64,000 bases of DNA from Blastocystis sp. Blastoise. Taxonomy: Eukaryota; Protista; Bigyra: Opalinata. Location: NCBI GenBank assembly GCA_039096225.1, contig JBBPEB010000014.1, forward strand, positions 744,001-808,000, in the 5' to 3' direction. Below the pieces are notes generated by a model that did not search any database, was not told where the DNA came from, and saw only the letters and a program-made list of their open reading frames with translations. Both the position numbers and the translations under genes were made by a program. Shown here piece by piece: positions 59,939 to 64,000 of this stretch; the stretch's first letter is position 1, and each line of letters starts with the position of its first letter.

Positions 59939-60823
59939 ATCGATTTACTATCAATATATAAACAAATATGAACAAAGTATGAATATGAATACACCTCGTA
60001 ATAATAAAAAAATGTGAAGAATCCTCTTTTTTCCCTCTAAATCTGAATTTTGCTGAAATGAACTGTATTCTAATTTTCTTTGTTATATTGTCGTTAATTG
60101 GTTATTAATTATTATCATGCTATGTATCATATATCAAAGTATAATAACAACCATAGACCAGGATTCACTTAGAAAATAGAAGAAGAATTGCTATTTCCAA
60201 TATTGTTGAAACATAATTTACACTATATGATGTGTTGTATTACATGTATATCTTTTATTCTAATGATCCATATAAATGATTCCCTTCATATTGTATATAT
60301 TATTTCAGTTTAATTTTCTTTTTTGTCAAACAGAATTCTATAGAGTCATTAATGACATTTTAGAGTCCACAGTTATTCATTCTATAAATAATAATTGAAA
60401 ATACTTTTAATATTTTTTCAATTATTATATATAATTATCCATTTTTCTCACACTATATGTTATACAGAGTTCCTAAGATTGTTGTTGAATTATAAAAAAA
60501 AATATTAACTCTATTCTACTCTATATAATTCATCATTTCCCCTTTTCATCTTTGTCATGACTTTTCTTTGGTATCATCATTATACAGCAATCTCGTATAG
60601 TTCATTATAATATCTGGATATTTTTTTTTAAATATACACTGATTATCATAATGAAAATATCACTATAATCACTTAAATCGCTAAAATTTATGCAGTTCTT
60701 GATTTCAGAATCTTCATCTTTTTGTTTCCTATCTGTCTCTATTTAAAAAAACAGCTCAACAATCATAACTATCAAACAAATCAAACAAAATAGCCATCAA
60801 AAACATAGAAACGACCCATCGAG

Positions 60824-60832
60824 TTTCCCGCC
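60824..60832 (+). promoter_or_regulatory. E2F-type element TTTCCCGCC about 210 bp upstream of TOP2 ATG
   Basis: Exact consensus match in the TBCD/TOP2 divergent spacer. Confidence 0.5.
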
Positions 60833-61041
60833 TTTACTTTCAATTTTGTTGAAAAATCCAATAAAAAGCCGAATAAATTGAATTTTCCTGATTATTCTAT
60901 CAATAAAGGAGTAAAAGCAGATAATAATCGTGTTTTCATTTATAAGTAAAAAATTTTTTTTAAATTGTTATTTTTCGCCTAACTCATTCATTTCAACTAT
61001 TAATATATTAATTAGTGATTTAACGAAGAATAGTACATAAG

Positions 61042-62703
61042 ATGAGCGATTTTGAAGATAGTGTATCGTTTTAAATTTTTCCCTCATCTTTAATTTGTTG
61101 TAATTATAGTCATTTGAATCTGGTGATGATGATAATTTTGATGCTGTGCATGAGGTTGCCTCTACTAACTCAGCTTCGACATCTCTTTCATCAAAACCAA
61201 AAGCAACATCTCCTATTCCTGATTCTGAACGTGGAGTTGAAGAGATTTATCAAAAGATGTCTCAGTTAGAGCATATCTTAGCACGTCCTGATACATATAG
61301 TATGCTAATTTAATAATTCTGATATTATAAATTTTTTTTTTTGTGTTAATTCATACTGATTTATTAAAATATAGTTGGATCAATTGAGAAAGCTACACAA
61401 GAGATGTGGGTTTACGATAAGGAAAAAGATGGATTAGTTTATAAAACAATTACATTTGTATATATACATATATTTTATTCATTTTTATTTTTTATTTTTT
61501 TTTTTAATATTTTAGGTTCCTGGTTTATATAAGATATTTGATGAAATATTGGTTAATGCTGCTGATAATAAACAACGTGATCCCTCTATGGATTCAATTA
61601 AAGTGGAAATTAATCAAGAAACAGGTGTTATTAGTGTATATAATAATGGTAAAGGTATTCCCGTGGTTATTCATAAAGATTATGATATTTATGTTCCTAC
61701 TTTAATTTTTGGACAACTTTTAACTAGTTCTAATTATAATGATTCAGAAAAAAAAGGTATAAAATATATATTATAATAAGTATATATGTTTTTTTTTATT
61801 ATGTTATATATATATTATATTATTATATATATATATATTATAATGTTATATATATATATATATATATAGTAACTGGTGGTCGTAATGGTTATGGTGCCAA
61901 ATTAACAAATATATATAGTACGGAGTTTACTGTAGAAACAGTAGATATGCAACAAAAGAAGAAATTTATACAAGTACATAAATATTCATAATTGTGATGT
62001 TTATATATATATAAATTGTATAAATATTATATATATTTTTTTCATTATTTTTGTTATGAATCTATTTATATATTATTATATATAATTATATATATAAATA
62101 TTGAATGTATATAGACTTGGACTAATAATATGCAAGATACAAAAGATCCTAAGATTACAAGTCCTCCTGTATCTATTAAAGCTGATTATACATGTATTCG
62201 ATTTAAACCTGATCTTAAACGATTTAATATGGATACTTTGGATAATGATATAGTTTCTCTTATGGAGAAAAGAGTATATGATATGGCTGGTACTTCCGAT
62301 AATACTGTTAAAGTAAGAAGAAAATAATATTATATTTATATTTATTATTATTATATATATAATATTCTTTTTTCTATTCTTTCATATGTTTTTAATTTTC
62401 TTATATATATATATTATTTATTTATTTATTTATAATATACTAGGTATATTTGAATGGCAAGCGTTTACCTGTAAATAACTTTCAATCTTATGTAAAGATG
62501 TATCAAGTATGTATACTATTATTATTCTATATATATATGTATATAGAATGATAATAATGAATTTATATATATTATATGTGTATTATTATTATAACATATA
62601 TATATAGTCTCAGTTACCTGAAGGTTGTCAATTATATTATACAAAAGCAGGAGAACGATGGGAAATAGCAATTGGTCAAAGTGATGGACATTTTCAACAA
62701 GTA

Positions 62704-62774
<71 letters not shown>

Positions 62775-63347
62775 GTATATATATATTTATATAGGTATCA
62801 TTTGTAAATAGTATATGTACTACTAAAGGTGGTCAACATGTGAATTATTTAGCGGATAAAGTAGCTGCATTTCTTCAACAAGTAATTAAGAAGAAGAATA
62901 AAAAAGAAGAAGTGAAAACACATCTTATTAAGAATTATCTATATATATGTGTTAATTGTCTTATTGAAAACCCTGCTTTTGATTCTCAAACTAAAGAAAC
63001 ACTTATTACTAGAAGCAAAGTATATATATATATATATATATTTAATCATTATTATTATTATTTTCTATGAATTTAGTTTTGATAATATATATATTATTAT
63101 AACTCTATATATATATATAGTCATTTGGTAGTCTCCCTGATATACCAGAGAGTTTCCTTACGAAGGTCTCGAAGAGCGGTATTATTGATAGTATTCTCTC
63201 ATTTGCCAAATTTAAAGAAGAAGGAGCCTTAAAACGTAAAGGAGGAGTAAAAACACAAAAGGTATATTTATATTATATATATATTATACTTATTATGATA
63301 CTTTTATTTATTATATTAAGAATAACTACTATTATTATTATTGTCTA

Positions 63348-63378
<31 letters not shown>

Positions 63379-63823
63379 GTTATAGATAAAGGGTATTCCT
63401 AAATTAGATGATGCAAATAATGCTGGTACTCGATATAGTAAACAATGTTCTCTTATTATTACAGAAGGAGATTCAGCTAAAGCTTTAGCTGTTAGTGGAC
63501 TTTCTATTGTTGGTAGAGATAATTATGGAGTCTTCCCTCTTAGAGTATATATATATATATATAGTTATAATTATATATTTATATATAGGGTAAATTATTA
63601 AATGTACGTGATTTATCTGCTAGTGCTATTAATAAAAATGAAGAAATTGAAAATCTTGTAAAGATTCTCGGTTTAAAGTATATATATTTTTATTATTATA
63701 TTATTATTCTATATTGATATTATTCTATAATCTATATAGATATGGTACTGAATATACTGATACTTCATCCTTACGTTATGGTTCTCTTGTTATAATGGCA
63801 GATCAAGTATATATATATATAAT

Positions 63824-63894
<71 letters not shown>

Positions 63895-64000
63895 ATCATG
63901 ATGGTAGTCATATTAAAGGATTAGTAATTAATTTTATTCATCGTTTTTGGCCTTCATTATTAAAATTGAATTTCTTAAAACAATTTATTACTCCTATTGT
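61042..64000 (+). CDS. TOP2: DNA topoisomerase II (5' part; continues beyond window)
   Basis: YQKMSQLEHILARPDTY/IGS, VPGLYKIFDEILVNAADN, FGQLLTSSNY, TGGRNGYGAKLTNI, GGQHV, IENPAFDSQTKE, KLDDAN, TEGDSAK, FPLR/GKLLNVR, MADQ/DHDGSHIKGL. Confidence 0.98.

Overview
Very AT-rich, intron-dense eukaryotic nuclear DNA read with the standard code. Gene content suggests a Blastocystis-like gut stramenopile; this is an inference, not verifiable from the window. I can reconstruct 15 protein genes: an intronless giant type-I surface protein truncated at the left edge, DOLK, TEN1, a Sep15/SELENOF-like protein, importin-11, a PA-TM-RING E3 ligase, MSH4, NRDE2, USE1, CTU2, a DENN Rab-GEF, a bHLH-PAS factor, Rab11, CWC2 and TBCD. 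TOP2, truncated at the right edge, makes 16. There is also a U3 snoRNA. Most short ORFs in the track are intron or microsatellite artefacts. The main oddities are: (i) many introns bracketed by self-complementary (TA)n runs (GTATATA...TATATAG) with no polypyrimidine tract; (ii) three apparently required introns with no usable GT or AG; (iii) a surface protein alternating bacterial-type Ig domains with GPCR-family-2 hormone-receptor-like modules; (iv) a Sep15 homologue lacking its redox motif; (v) an unassigned structured non-coding segment at about 19.4 kb; (vi) a Blastocystis-like GU-rich element 4 nt after three stop codons. Exon structures were read by hand and need RNA-seq confirmation.
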